In this document: in pieces, positions 37,001 to 47,727 of the stretch
How positions within the stretch are numbered: the first letter of the stretch is position 1
Layout: every line of letters begins with the position of its first letter
Source: an uncultured Spirochaetota bacterium
GTDB lineage: Bacteria > Spirochaetota > Spirochaetia > SZUA-6 > Fen-1364
Direction: 5' to 3'
Length of the DNA: 64,000 nucleotides
Assembly (NCBI GenBank): GCA_963820525.1
Contig: CAWGAA010000001.1
Span: 2,464,001 to 2,528,000, forward strand
Position numbers and translations under genes: made by a program
The notes under the pieces: generated by a model
What the model was told of the DNA's origin: nothing
What the model saw: only the letters and a program-made list of their open reading frames with translations
The model's database searches: none

Positions 37001-37975
37001 ATGGTTCTTGAGCCTGCGATTTACAACGATCTGGTCGAGCTGATTGCCGGAAATTTCAAGACCGACGAGATCAATGAGCTGGGAAAGCTGATTCTCAAGT
37101 GCTTCGACTCCAATCAGGCCGCGGGAACCAAGAACAACATCTCCCTCTCCTCCCGAAAAAGCGCCAGGCTCCTCGTCGACTGCTGCGAGCAAGACAGGCA
37201 GATTCCCTCCCTCATCAAGCTCGTCGTCGAACTGGACGAGGGGGTGATACACGGTCGGCAGGTGAAGATAGAGGGGCTTGAGATATTCCTCAACAAGCTC
37301 ATCCGCACCGGCATCCACTACGACTTCAAAACGGGAAAGGTCGTCTCCTCCTGCCATGATTCGGCGGATCTGACAAACTGGGGCTGCCTCAAGGAGGGGA
37401 AGATCTACGACATCACCATCGTCAGCGTCGACATCATGGGCAACTCTGCGCTGGTGAGGAAGTACGGCCAGTCGCGCATGGAGAAGCTGTACTTCAGGCT
37501 GTGGAGCTTTCTCAAGGACAAGCTCTCCGGCCTCGACGGCCGCATCTGGTCATGGGCCGGGGACGGGGGAATCATCGCTTTCTCCTTCAAGGACAATATC
37601 CAGAGGGCCGTTCGCTTCGCCATCGAAGTTCAGAGCACGGTCCCGGTTTTCAACCTGACGTGCCCCGACCGGCTGCCCGCCGACATCGCCCTTCGGTTCG
37701 GAATCGACACGGGAAAGATCCGCTTCCTCACCGAAACGGGAAAGATCATCTCCGATGTCATCAATGGGGCCTCCCATCTGGAGAAGAAAGCCTGCACCCC
37801 GGGCTCCGTCTCCATCTCCCGCGCGGTCCGCGACTCGCTGTCTTCGAAGATGGCCTCGATTTTCCGCTTCGACGGGATCCTGGAAGAACGCGACTACTTC
37901 ACGACGCTGGGGAGGCTGGACGGCTTTCTCTCCGGCCAGTTCGCCGCTTTCGAGGCGGAGAGCCAGTTCGCCTGA
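37001..37975 (+). CDS. Class III nucleotidyl (adenylate/guanylate-like) cyclase with a helical N-terminal domain
   Basis: VSVDIMGNS (metal Asp 1), WAGDGG (Asp 2), AVRFAIEVQ, LRFGIDTG, INGASHLEK. Confidence 0.82.
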   Translation: MVLEPAIYNDLVELIAGNFKTDEINELGKLILKCFDSNQAAGTKNNISLSSRKSARLLVDCCEQDRQIPSLIKLVVELDEGVIHGRQVKIEGLEIFLNKLIRTGIHYDFKTGKVVSSCHDSADLTNWGCLKEGKIYDITIVSVDIMGNSALVRKYGQSRMEKLYFRLWSFLKDKLSGLDGRIWSWAGDGGIIAFSFKDNIQRAVRFAIEVQSTVPVFNLTCPDRLPADIALRFGIDTGKIRFLTETGKIISDVINGASHLEKKACTPGSVSISRAVRDSLSSKMASIFRFDGILEERDYFTTLGRLDGFLSGQFAAFEAESQFA

Positions 37976-38466
37976 TGGTCGAGCCCTCGCCAGGCGGCGC
38001 CACCCGCGACATGCGGAAGGCGGCGCGGGAGATCTCCGGCCAGGCCGAGCTCGCCGAGGTACTCGAGCGCTCGCGCCATCTCTTCCTCGCCATCCATGAC
38101 GACCCTGCTCCCTACATCCTTCCGCTCTTCTACGGCTTCACGGAAGGCCGGATCTACATCCACTGCGCCGCCGAAGGCACCAAGCTCCAGTTGATCGCCA
38201 AGAATCCCTGCGTAAGCTTTGGCGCGGCCGAAGAGCCCCAGATCGTGGCCGGAGAATCGGCGTGCGGGTTCTCCGGGCGGTCACGAAGCGTGATCGGCCA
38301 GGGGACGGCCAGGGTCGTGAGCGATGAGCGGGAGCGCGTCAGGGGCCTGGATGCGATCATGCGCCACTACGGCGTGCAGGCTCCCTCCTATCGTCCCGAT
38401 TCCCTCGCCCGCACGTGCGTGCTCGCCATCGATATCCAGGGGATGCGGGGAAAGAAGATCGGCTGA
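37975..38466 (+). CDS. Pyridoxamine 5'-phosphate oxidase / NimA-like flavin-binding protein
   Basis: MRKAAREI, PYILPLFYG, IYIHCAAEGTK, NPCVSF, SVIGQG, GKK end; ATG overlaps the cyclase stop. Confidence 0.82.
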   Translation: MVEPSPGGATRDMRKAAREISGQAELAEVLERSRHLFLAIHDDPAPYILPLFYGFTEGRIYIHCAAEGTKLQLIAKNPCVSFGAAEEPQIVAGESACGFSGRSRSVIGQGTARVVSDERERVRGLDAIMRHYGVQAPSYRPDSLARTCVLAIDIQGMRGKKIG

Positions 38467-38588
38467 ACCGCGCTTCCTGGTAACATGGCGCCGGATATGC
38501 TATATGATTCTCGTAAGATGAAGCCATGTAGCGCCCGATTCTTGCGTGTACGCGCAGGATCTTCATACACGCACCGGAGAGCGTCGCG

Positions 38589-41500
38589 ATGCCGATCCTC
38601 CTGATCCTCGATATCACCTCCCTTGCACTCTCGATCGTGCTCTCCACCTCCCTTGTGCTGATGGTTTTGGGATACGGGCGAAAGTCGGCAAGCGTCTTTT
38701 TCGCGCACTTTGCCTCCGGGGTCGGCGCGTGGTCCCTCTTTACCCTGCTCCTGCGCCTTTCCCTCTGGTTTCACGAGGGAAATCCCGGGCTCCTGCTGGA
38801 GCTGGCGACCCTTGGCGTGACCGTGAGCGTCCTGTTCCTTTTCCTGTTTGCGGCGCGCTACGCGAAGGTCAAAAGCATCTGGCCCGACGCGGTATCCGTC
38901 GCTCTCCTGGTCATTGTGGCCACCCTTTCCTACCTCCTCTTCACCGGCAGGCTTGTATCGGCTCCCCGGATCATCGGCAACGGAACCACCCATTTCGACC
39001 TGAGCCGTGCTGGGCTTCTCTGTTCCTTTGCGGTCTGGATCCCCCTGGCTCTCGCGCTCGTGCTTTTATGGAAGCGGCGCCGGGCAGGGGAGATGTTCAT
39101 ACAATTGAGCGCCCTCGTCTTCTCCCTCGGCCTCGTCCTGGAATTCCTGGCGGGATTGGCCGTTCCCATCATGTCCGTCACCAACGCGATAAGCGTCGGC
39201 ATGCTCGGCCTGGGCGTGGCGCGGAGGCAGCTCTTCAATCCCCTGCGGGAGCTCACGGAACGGCTGGAACGGAAGGTGGCGGAGCGCACGGAAGACCTGG
39301 AGCGGGCCCGCTCCGAGGTGGAGCGGATCGTCGACGAGAGGACCGTACAGCTCCTCGGGGAGATCGGCGAGCGCCGTAAAGCCGAGAAATCCCTCAAGGA
39401 GCGGGCCGAACGGCTCGAGCTGATCGCACGCATCGGAGGGAAAACGACGGCCCTCCTCGGATTGGACGAGCTTCTCCATCAGGCGGTGACCTTGATCAGG
39501 GACGCTTTCCAGTACCTCAGCGCCGACATTTTCCTCACCGAAGGAGACTCGATCGTGCTCCGGGCCTCCACGCTCATCTCCCTGAAGCCTTTCGCGGGCA
39601 GGTTCCGCCTCAGGATCGGCGTCGAGGGAATCACGGGATGGGTGGCCGCGACGGGAGAAGCCATCTCCGTGCCTGACGTGACCAAGGACTCGCGCTACGT
39701 GACGCTTGTGGATGACGTGGAGACCCGTTCGGAGCTCGCCGTTCCCCTGAAGCTGCGGGGAAAGGTGATCGGGGTGCTGGACGTGCAGAGCGCGCGGGTA
39801 GACGCATTCACCCCCCTCGACATGTTCACCCAGCAGACCATCGCTGACCAGCTGGCCAATGCCATCGACAACGTGCAGCTCTATCAGCAGGTGACCCGCA
39901 GGGCGGAGAGGCTCGCCCTCATGAACAGGGTCTCCTCGGCCGTGAACGCCGTGCTGGATCTCTCGGATCTCATGGAAACGGTGTACCGGGAAATCACGCC
40001 GATCTTCCAGGCCGACGTTTTTTTCATTGCCCTGCTCGATGGAGAGGGGGGCCAGCTGGACTTCCGGTTCCTCGTGGAGGAAGGGGTGAGGGACTCCCTC
40101 GGCCGAAAACCCCTGGGAGCAGATCTCGCCTCGCGGATCATCAAGGAGAAGAAGCCCCTGTTGATGAGCGACCTGCCGGGCGAGCTGGAGCGTCTGGGGG
40201 ATCCGGCCCTGCGCTCGGCGGCGAAGATCCCCTCCTCCTGGCTCGGCGTTCCCATGCTTATCGGAGAGCGGCCCGTCGGCGTGATCTCGGTCCAGACCTA
40301 TGAAGCGCGGCCGTACGACGCCGAGGACTGCACGCTCCTGTCGACGGTCGCGGACCAGGTGGCCGTCGCGGTGGAGAACGCCAGGCTCTACGAAGCCCTC
40401 AAGCAGGAGCTCTCCGAGCGGCTGCGCACGGAGAAGCACCTGCGGGAATCCGAGGAGCAGTTCAGAAACCTCGCCGAGCAGCTGCCCAACATGATCTTCA
40501 TCAATAAGGGAGGCAGGGTCGTCTACGTAAATCAGCGCTGCGCCGACGTTACGGGATACACGCGGGAGGAGATCTACAGCCCCGGCTTTCACTTCATGGA
40601 CCTGACGGCGCCGGAGCACCGCCAGGATGTCATGCAGAAGTTCCGCATGCACATGCGCGGCGAGGAGGTGAGCCCGTACGAGTACGCCTTCATTACCCGG
40701 GAGGGAAAGAAGATCGAGGCCATCCTCACCACCAAGCTGATCCATCACGCGGGGGAAGACGCCATCCTGGGGATCATCACCGACATCACCGCGCGCAAGC
40801 GCACGGAGCTCCTCCTGCGCTCGCTGAATGTCGCCGCCCTCGCCATGCAGCAGGCCCTCACCCCCAAGGAGATCTTCCCCGCTGCCGTGCGGGAGCTGAA
40901 CGACCTCGGCTTCGCCTGCGCGGTACTCCTGGCGGACGCTTCCAAGAGACGGCTCGCCATCCGCTACGCAGTCGGGTTTGCTCACCATGACATCACGGTC
41001 GTGGACGAACAGACGGACTCGGAGGCGGTCTGGCTTCCCATCGACGGGGTTCCGGCCGTGGTCGCCGTGATCAGGGAGCGGCAGACCGTGCTCACGGAGT
41101 TCGAAGCCGCGTACATCGGCTCCCAGCCCAGCCTCGCCATCATCTCTGAATGGCTGGCGAGCCATTCGGTGGATCGGGTGCGCGCCATCATCTCTCCCCT
41201 GAGCGTGGGAGACGACGTGTTCGGCCTCCTCGTGGTCAGCGCGGACAGCCTGAGCCAGAACGACCTTCCCATTATCTCGGCCTTCGCCCACCAGACGGCG
41301 GCCGCGTGGCGCAAGACGCTCCTGATGCAGGACCTTGCGCGAAGCCTCGAGGAGCTTCGAACCACTCAGGACCTCCTGCTGCACGCGCAGAAGATGGAGG
41401 CCATCGGGCGGCTTGCCGGGGGGATCGCCCACGACTTCAACAACGTGCTCACCGTGATATCGGGCTACACGAGCCTCCTCGTCGATTCCCTCCAGAACAA

Positions 41501-42503
41501 CGAGGCGGCGCAGACGGATCTGGCGGAGATCAAGAACGCGATCAAGAGGGCTTCCGCTCTCACCAGCCGCCTGCTGGCGTTCAGCCGCCGGCAAATTCTC
41601 CAGCCCGAGGTCCTCGACCTGAACGCCCTCCTGGCGGGCTGCGCAAATCTCCTTCGCCCCCTCATCGGAGAGGACATCGAGCTGGTGATCCATCCCGCAT
41701 CCAGGCAGGGGCGGATCAAGGCAGACCCGTACCAGATCGAGCAGGTCATCATCAACCTTGCCGTGAACGCCCGGGACGCGATGCCCTCCGGCGGGAAGCT
41801 CATCCTGGAAACCTCGGACCGCGACCTTTCATTCGAAGATGCCGTGGCGCTCTCCCTGCCCCACGGGAAATACGTCGTCCTGAGGGTTCAGGACACGGGC
41901 ATCGGCATGAGCGACGAGATCAAGAGCCACATGTTCGAGCCTTTCTTCACTACCAAGGAGGACGGCAAGGGAACGGGCCTCGGGCTTTCCACGGTGTATG
42001 GCATCGTCAGTCAGACCGGCGGGGCCATCAGCGTGGAAAGCGAACAGAACAAGGGAACGCTCTTCACGATCACCATACCGTGGGCCTCGGAGGAACGCGT
42101 TTCCGCTCCGGCCAGCATCCACGCCGAGCGAGTGCCTGCAGGAACGGGCACGATTCTCCTCGTGGAGGACGACGAGATGGTCCGCGACCTCGCCGGCCGG
42201 ATCCTCGCGAACGCGGGTTATACTATCCTGGAGGCGGCATCGGGGGAGAGTGCCGCCCAGATCGCCTCCCAGCAGCAGGTCATCGACCTCATGATTACCG
42301 ACATCGTGATGCCGGGGATGAAGGGGATGGAGCTGGCGGAGCTATTAGGTGAATCGCGGCCGGACATGCCCGTGCTTTTCATGTCGGGATACACCGATGA
42401 CCCCACGATCCACCTCGGGGTCTCCGACGGCCTGCCGTTCATCTCCAAGCCCTTCCAGCCGGAAGAGCTCCTGAAAAAAGTCTCAGAGTTGATGACGAAA
42501 TAG
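38589..42503 (+). CDS. Hybrid sensor histidine kinase (7TM, GAF, GAF, PAS, GAF, HisKA, HATPase, REC)
   Basis: GITGWVAATGE and TRSELAVPL GAF; PAS (GYTREEI); GIAHDFNN H-box; EPFFTTK, GTGLGL; LVEDD and TDIVMP receiver. Confidence 0.92.
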   Translation: MPILLILDITSLALSIVLSTSLVLMVLGYGRKSASVFFAHFASGVGAWSLFTLLLRLSLWFHEGNPGLLLELATLGVTVSVLFLFLFAARYAKVKSIWPDAVSVALLVIVATLSYLLFTGRLVSAPRIIGNGTTHFDLSRAGLLCSFAVWIPLALALVLLWKRRRAGEMFIQLSALVFSLGLVLEFLAGLAVPIMSVTNAISVGMLGLGVARRQLFNPLRELTERLERKVAERTEDLERARSEVERIVDERTVQLLGEIGERRKAEKSLKERAERLELIARIGGKTTALLGLDELLHQAVTLIRDAFQYLSADIFLTEGDSIVLRASTLISLKPFAGRFRLRIGVEGITGWVAATGEAISVPDVTKDSRYVTLVDDVETRSELAVPLKLRGKVIGVLDVQSARVDAFTPLDMFTQQTIADQLANAIDNVQLYQQVTRRAERLALMNRVSSAVNAVLDLSDLMETVYREITPIFQADVFFIALLDGEGGQLDFRFLVEEGVRDSLGRKPLGADLASRIIKEKKPLLMSDLPGELERLGDPALRSAAKIPSSWLGVPMLIGERPVGVISVQTYEARPYDAEDCTLLSTVADQVAVAVENARLYEALKQELSERLRTEKHLRESEEQFRNLAEQLPNMIFINKGGRVVYVNQRCADVTGYTREEIYSPGFHFMDLTAPEHRQDVMQKFRMHMRGEEVSPYEYAFITREGKKIEAILTTKLIHHAGEDAILGIITDITARKRTELLLRSLNVAALAMQQALTPKEIFPAAVRELNDLGFACAVLLADASKRRLAIRYAVGFAHHDITVVDEQTDSEAVWLPIDGVPAVVAVIRERQTVLTEFEAAYIGSQPSLAIISEWLASHSVDRVRAIISPLSVGDDVFGLLVVSADSLSQNDLPIISAFAHQTAAAWRKTLLMQDLARSLEELRTTQDLLLHAQKMEAIGRLAGGIAHDFNNVLTVISGYTSLLVDSLQNNEAAQTDLAEIKNAIKRASALTSRLLAFSRRQILQPEVLDLNALLAGCANLLRPLIGEDIELVIHPASRQGRIKADPYQIEQVIINLAVNARDAMPSGGKLILETSDRDLSFEDAVALSLPHGKYVVLRVQDTGIGMSDEIKSHMFEPFFTTKEDGKGTGLGLSTVYGIVSQTGGAISVESEQNKGTLFTITIPWASEERVSAPASIHAERVPAGTGTILLVEDDEMVRDLAGRILANAGYTILEAASGESAAQIASQQQVIDLMITDIVMPGMKGMELAELLGESRPDMPVLFMSGYTDDPTIHLGVSDGLPFISKPFQPEELLKKVSELMTK

Positions 42504-42540
42504 AGACCGGCGTCCATCCGCGCCGCGGCGGGTACTTCTT

Positions 42541-44283
42541 CTAGAACAACCCCGTCACCTTGCCGGTGTCGACGTCAACATCGATGTTCCTGAAGTTGGG
42601 CTCCGAGGCGGTGCCCGGCATGAGCTTGATATCGCCCGCAACGGGAACCACGAAGCCCGCCCCTCGATAGAGAAGGACGTCCCGCACGGGAAGCGTCCAT
42701 CCCCGCGGCCGGCCCTTCACGGCGGGATCGTGCGAGAGGCTCAGGTGAGTCTTCACCATGCAGGTGCCCAGCCGGGAGAGCTCGGCGTCCTTCTCGATGG
42801 CATCCACCTTCTGCCGCGCAGCGGGGCTGTAGGAGACTCCCTCCGCCCCGTAGACCTCGGTGGCGATGAGCCTGATGCGCTCCGAGAGAGGCGTCGTCTC
42901 CTGGTAGAGGTACCTGAAGTCGGGCGGCCGGGAGCAGGCGTCCACGACGGCCTCGGCAAGCTCCTCCGCCCCCTCCCCGCCCCGCTCCCAGTGTTTCCCC
43001 ACGGCCACGCGGGCGCCTGCGGCCTGGGCGGCCTTTCGCACGATCTCGATCTCCTCGGCCGTGTCCGTGGCGAAATGGTTGATGCACACCACGGGCTCGA
43101 TGCCGGAAAGGCGCACCGTCCCGATATGGGCGAGGAGGTTCTCAACGCCCTTCTCGACGAGCCCCGTGTTCTTCTCACGGTATGCCGCGTTCAAAGGCTT
43201 TCCCGGCGAAACGCGGGGGCCTCCGCCGTGCATCTTCAGGGCGCGTATCGTGCACACAACCACGGAAGCATTCGGCACGAGGCCGGACGCGCGGCACTTG
43301 AGGTTCCAGAATTTCTCGAAGCCGATGTCCGCCCCGAACCCGCTCTCCGTGACGTGGTAGTCCGCCAGCTTCAGCCCGAGGCGGTCCGCGATGATCGACG
43401 ACTGGCCGATCGCGATATTGGCAAAGGGCCCCGCGTGCACGAAAACGGGCTGCCCCTCGAGAGTCTGCAGGAGGTTGGGGTTGATGGCCCGGGCCATGAG
43501 GGCCGTCATGGCGCCGTCCACGCCCAGGTCAGCCGTCGTGACGGGAGCGCCGGATTTCGCGTAGGCAACGACGATCCTCGAGATGCGCTGCCTCATGTCC
43601 TTGAGGTCCGAGGCAACCGCGAGAATGGCCATGAGCTCGGAGGACACGGTGATCTGGAAGGAGCTCTTCATCAGGAAGCCGTCCATGTCCGTTCCCAGGC
43701 CGATGATGATCTCCCGCAGCGCCTGGGCGCAGAAATCGATGGCCCAGCCCTGGGCGACGGTGCGCGGATCTATGTCCAGCCGAGGGATGCCCTTTCGGGC
43801 GAGTTCCTTGTCCGAATAGTTGAACTCGTGCTGGATGCGCGCGGTGAGCGCCACCATGGAGAGGTTGTGGGCGTTGGTGATGGCGTCGATGTCGCCGGTA
43901 AGACCCAGGCTCAGCTCGGTGAGGGGGATGCACTGGGCGCGCCCGCCCCCGGCAGCGGAGCCCTTGATGTTGAAGGTGGGACCGCTTGAGGGCTGGCGGA
44001 TCGCGCCGATCACCCGCTTTCCCAGCCTGCCCAACCCCTCCACGAGCCCCATCGTCGTCGTGGACTTGCCTTCTCCCAGCGGGGTGGGAGTGATGGCAGT
44101 CACATTGATGTACTTGCCGTTCGGCCTGTGCGACAACCGCCTGAGAATGCTCGTGAAATCCAGCTTGGCCACGGAGTGGCCGTAGGGCAGAAGCTCCCGC
44201 GCTTCAACGCCGAGCTCCTCAGCGAGCCGGCTCACCGGTTTCATCCGGCTCTCGGCATCCTCCGCGATCTGCCATTCCTTCAT
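42541..44283 (-). CDS. fhs: Formate--tetrahydrofolate ligase
   Basis: [61 protein letters not shown]. Confidence 0.95.
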   Translation of the reverse strand: MKEWQIAEDAESRMKPVSRLAEELGVEARELLPYGHSVAKLDFTSILRRLSHRPNGKYINVTAITPTPLGEGKSTTTMGLVEGLGRLGKRVIGAIRQPSSGPTFNIKGSAAGGGRAQCIPLTELSLGLTGDIDAITNAHNLSMVALTARIQHEFNYSDKELARKGIPRLDIDPRTVAQGWAIDFCAQALREIIIGLGTDMDGFLMKSSFQITVSSELMAILAVASDLKDMRQRISRIVVAYAKSGAPVTTADLGVDGAMTALMARAINPNLLQTLEGQPVFVHAGPFANIAIGQSSIIADRLGLKLADYHVTESGFGADIGFEKFWNLKCRASGLVPNASVVVCTIRALKMHGGGPRVSPGKPLNAAYREKNTGLVEKGVENLLAHIGTVRLSGIEPVVCINHFATDTAEEIEIVRKAAQAAGARVAVGKHWERGGEGAEELAEAVVDACSRPPDFRYLYQETTPLSERIRLIATEVYGAEGVSYSPAARQKVDAIEKDAELSRLGTCMVKTHLSLSHDPAVKGRPRGWTLPVRDVLLYRGAGFVVPVAGDIKLMPGTASEPNFRNIDVDVDTGKVTGLF

Positions 44284-44371
44284 GATTTTCTTCCCTCACG
44301 ATGCTATATCCTTCACGGGAGCTTGCGCAAGAATCTCCCCTCGTGTATATCACTTGGTGCAAAGGGGCCTC

Positions 44372-46289
44372 ATGAGCAATCCGATCAAGTTCCTCTTCAT
44401 TCGAACAACCCTCAAGGTCGAGTTCATCATCTACCTGGTGCCGGTTCCCGTGCTGGTGTATTTTTCTCTCTTCGCCTTCCGGTTCGCCAAAGCGGATCCC
44501 ACCCTTTTCATGGCATGCGTCACGGCTGCCATCACTGTCGCCCTGGTGGGAGGGGGCCTGGTTCGATGGCTCCAGGTGAGGCCCATGGTGCGCCTTTCCC
44601 GGGGGGACCTCAAGCGTGACCCGCGCCTTCTCTCGCGCGCGGTGCGCTCCGCCCATACCCTCCCCCTGGTGGAGAGCATCAGCGTCTTCCTGAGGTGGCT
44701 CCTCGCGCCGGGGGTCTCTGTCACCCTGCCCTTCGCCCTCATGGGGAGGCTCAGCACTCTGGAGATCGCCTCGGTCACCATCTTCACGGGAATCACGGGC
44801 CTGGTCTCGATACCCCTCGTCTACCACATCTGCGAAACCGAGTCGGTGCGATTCCTGGAGTACATCCGGAAGGGCGGGATCACGCAGGATTTCTCCAGTC
44901 CCATCCGCATCAGCATCACGGCGCGGCTGGTCACCACGCTCCTGCTTGTCATCTCGTATCCCGCGGGGCTTTTTCTCCACCTCATCATCATGTCCAACTC
45001 CGGATACCTCGACCTCAGGACGATCCCCGTCGGATTCGGCCTCCTGATCTTCTGTTCCGCCCTGTTGTCCGTGGTCGTTGCCGTGCTCTTCTCCCGGAGC
45101 GTGGGGGTGACCCTGCGGGGCATGAACAGGAACCTCGAGGGTGTATCGCGCGGAGACCTCACCCTGGACCTCACGGTTCGCGACGGCGACGAGATGGGAG
45201 AAGCTCGCCCGGCACTACAACAACGTCGTCGACGCCCTGGGCTCCAGCGTGGAGTCAGTGCGAAGCTCCGCCGGAAGGCTCTCCCAGTGGGTCCGCGACA
45301 TCTCCTCCGCCTCGGACGCGCTGGCGGACGCGAGCGCGAGCCAGCAGGCCCATACCCAATCCGTGCTCGCCACCGTGGAGCAGTTCTCCGCCAGCCTCCA
45401 GGCCATGACGGATCGCGTCGTCACCCACTCCCAGACCGTGGCGGAGAGCGCCGCGGCCGTGGAGGAGCTCTCGGCGGGCGTCTCCTCGATCGCGCGCGGA
45501 GCGGCGGCGGTGCAGGAGACCGTGGGAGACAACGTCGCCTCCATAGGAAAGGGCCGCGAGAAGATCCAAAGCTCCATCGACGAGACCCTGCGGATGAACG
45601 AAAGCCTCGGGAGGATCTCCTCCACGGTCCGGGACATCGGCGCCCGCTTCCAGCAGATAGAAGAGACCCTCTCGATCGTCCAGGACATCGCAGGACAGAC
45701 CAACACCCTCGCCATGAACGCGGCCATCGAAGCGGCGCACGCGGGGGATGCGGGCCGGGGATTCGCCATCGTCGCCTCCGAGGTGCGCAGGCTCGCCGAG
45801 CGCTCGAGCCTTTTCGTCAAGGAGATCGGCGCTGTCATGAAGGACATCGGCCGCAAGATGGGGGAGGCGGTGCGGGCGGCGGAGCTGGGTGAGGAGACCT
45901 CCCGGGCGGGGAGGAGCGCGGCCGAAGAGGCCCAGCAGGCCGTGGAAGGGATCATGGCGAGCATCGAGCGCATCAATACCATGGTTTCCGAGATCAGCCG
46001 GACCACGGGAGAGCAGGCGCAGGCTGCCTCACACGCCCTCGCGGGGATCGACGCGCTGCGCCAGTTCACCCAGACCGTGCGGGCCGAAGTGGAGGCCCAG
46101 GCCTCTTCTGCACTGGCGATAGCGCAGGCCATCAAGGCCATCGGGGAAAGCACGGAAAAGAACACCCGCGCTTCTCACGGTCTTTCCGAGCTCGCCACGG
46201 CCTTGCAGTCCAAGAGCGAGGAGCTTTCAACGACGGTGAGCGGGTTCCGGCTGCGGGAGGGGAAAAACGGTGGAAAAGTCCATGGATGA
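44372..46289 (+). pseudogene. Methyl-accepting chemotaxis protein split by a frameshift (or sequencing error)
   Basis: Multi-TM N-terminus and HAMP (GDLT..VRDGDEMG) in one frame; LARHYNNVV...TNTLAMNAAIEAAHAGDAGRGFAIVASEVRRLAE in another; one extra base at about 45200 (ATGGGAGAAGCTC). Confidence 0.8.
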
Positions 46290-47727
46290 GCCCGCAGCTT
46301 CGGGTACGCAACGCAAAGGCTTTTTTGCGCTGCTCGAAGAGCGCGTGCGGGCAAACCGGTCGCTTCTCTGCATCGGGATCGATCCGCCGCTGGACAACGC
46401 AGCAGGCGATTCGCTTTTTTCCTTCGGGCGGAGGATCGTCGAGGCGACGGCGGAAGCGGCGTGCACCTACAAGCCGAACATCGCCTTCTACGAGGCCCGC
46501 GGCCCGAAAGGGCTCGAAGCCCTGCGGGAGACCATTGACTTCATCCACTCCCTGGGCTTTCCCGTCATCCTCGACGCCAAGCGCGGCGACATCTCCGCAA
46601 CGGCCTCCGCGTACGCCCATGCGGCTTTCGACGTATGTGACGCCGACGCTCTCACCGTCAACCCGCTCCTGGGCGCAGACAGCGTGGAGCCGTTTGCCTC
46701 GCGCGCGGAGCGCGGCGTGTTCGTTCTCTGCCACACCTCCAACCCAGGCGCCGCGGACTTCCAGGAGCTCCAGACCCCGAAAGGCCCGCTGTACGAGAGG
46801 ATCGCGCGCATGGCGGTCTCGTGGAACACCGGCGGCAACATCGGCCTTGTCATCGGCGCCACCTTTCCCTGGATTCTGGAGAGCGTGCGTCGCATAGCCC
46901 CGGACATGTGGTTCCTTATCCCCGGGGTGGGCAGCCAGGGAGGAGACCTTGAGGCGTCGCTGGAAGCGGGGCTCACCGCGGAAGCGAGCGGCGTGCTCAT
47001 CAACGTGTCGCGCGGCATCTCGGGGGCGGCTGACCCCCGAAAGGCAGCAATCGTATTCCGCGACAGGATCAACGAGACACGGGAGAAAATCCTCGCAGCC
47101 CACCGCCATGCCGCCGGGCAAGAGCCCGGGATGCCCTTGAGCCAATCCATCGCCCTCGGCCTCTTCGATCTGGGAGCGGTCCGCTTCGGCGAGTTCACCC
47201 TGAAGTCTGGAATGAAGTCGCCCATCTACATCGACCTCCGCCTCCTGGTGAGCGATCCCGGGCTCATGGGACTGGTGGCGAAAGCCATGGGTGAGCTTCT
47301 CTCCGGCCTCAGCTTCGACCGCATCGCGGCCATCCCCTATGGAGGGCTTCCCATCGGACAGGCCGTATCGCTCGAGACGGGCAAGCCCTTGATCTACCCC
47401 CGCCGGGAAGTGAAGGAGTATGGGACCAAAAAGCCGATCGAGGGGAAATTCGAGACGGGGGAAACCGTGGTGGTCCTCGACGATCTCATCACCACGGGCG
47501 GCAGCAAGATCGAGGCGGTGGATCCGCTGAAGGAGGCCGGCCTGGCGGTGCGCGACATGGTCGTGCTGATCGACCGCGAGCAGGGCGGGGCGCGGGAGCT
47601 CGAAAAGCGCGGATACACTCTTCACGCCGTGCTCACCGTGAGCGAGCTCCTCGATACCCTGGTGAGCGCCGGCCGGATCGGGGAGGATGTTCGGGCCCGG
47701 GTGCGCGAGGCCCTCGGAATCGCGTGA
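46270..47727 (+). CDS. pyrF: Bifunctional OMP decarboxylase - orotate phosphoribosyltransferase (PyrF-PyrE fusion)
   Basis: [39 protein letters not shown] followed in frame by [27 protein letters not shown]. Confidence 0.92.
   Translation: MEKSMDEPAASGTQRKGFFALLEERVRANRSLLCIGIDPPLDNAAGDSLFSFGRRIVEATAEAACTYKPNIAFYEARGPKGLEALRETIDFIHSLGFPVILDAKRGDISATASAYAHAAFDVCDADALTVNPLLGADSVEPFASRAERGVFVLCHTSNPGAADFQELQTPKGPLYERIARMAVSWNTGGNIGLVIGATFPWILESVRRIAPDMWFLIPGVGSQGGDLEASLEAGLTAEASGVLINVSRGISGAADPRKAAIVFRDRINETREKILAAHRHAAGQEPGMPLSQSIALGLFDLGAVRFGEFTLKSGMKSPIYIDLRLLVSDPGLMGLVAKAMGELLSGLSFDRIAAIPYGGLPIGQAVSLETGKPLIYPRREVKEYGTKKPIEGKFETGETVVVLDDLITTGGSKIEAVDPLKEAGLAVRDMVVLIDREQGGARELEKRGYTLHAVLTVSELLDTLVSAGRIGEDVRARVREALGIA

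Noticed and set aside
37001..38466. Calling the cyclase locus a Pycsar defence system
   Set aside because: The coupled downstream gene is a flavin-binding PPOX/NimA-like protein, not a cNMP-binding TM or TIR effector.
39066..41693. Long antisense or alternate-frame ORFs (e.g. 875 aa at 39066-41693, 809 aa at 24888-27317, 574 aa at 54861-56585, 539 aa at 4833-6452)
   Set aside because: They shadow well-supported genes, lack motifs, and are the expected by-product of high GC3 codon usage.
45195..45205. Programmed frameshift or phase variation in the MCP gene
   Set aside because: No slippery heptamer or homopolymer tract at the shift site.
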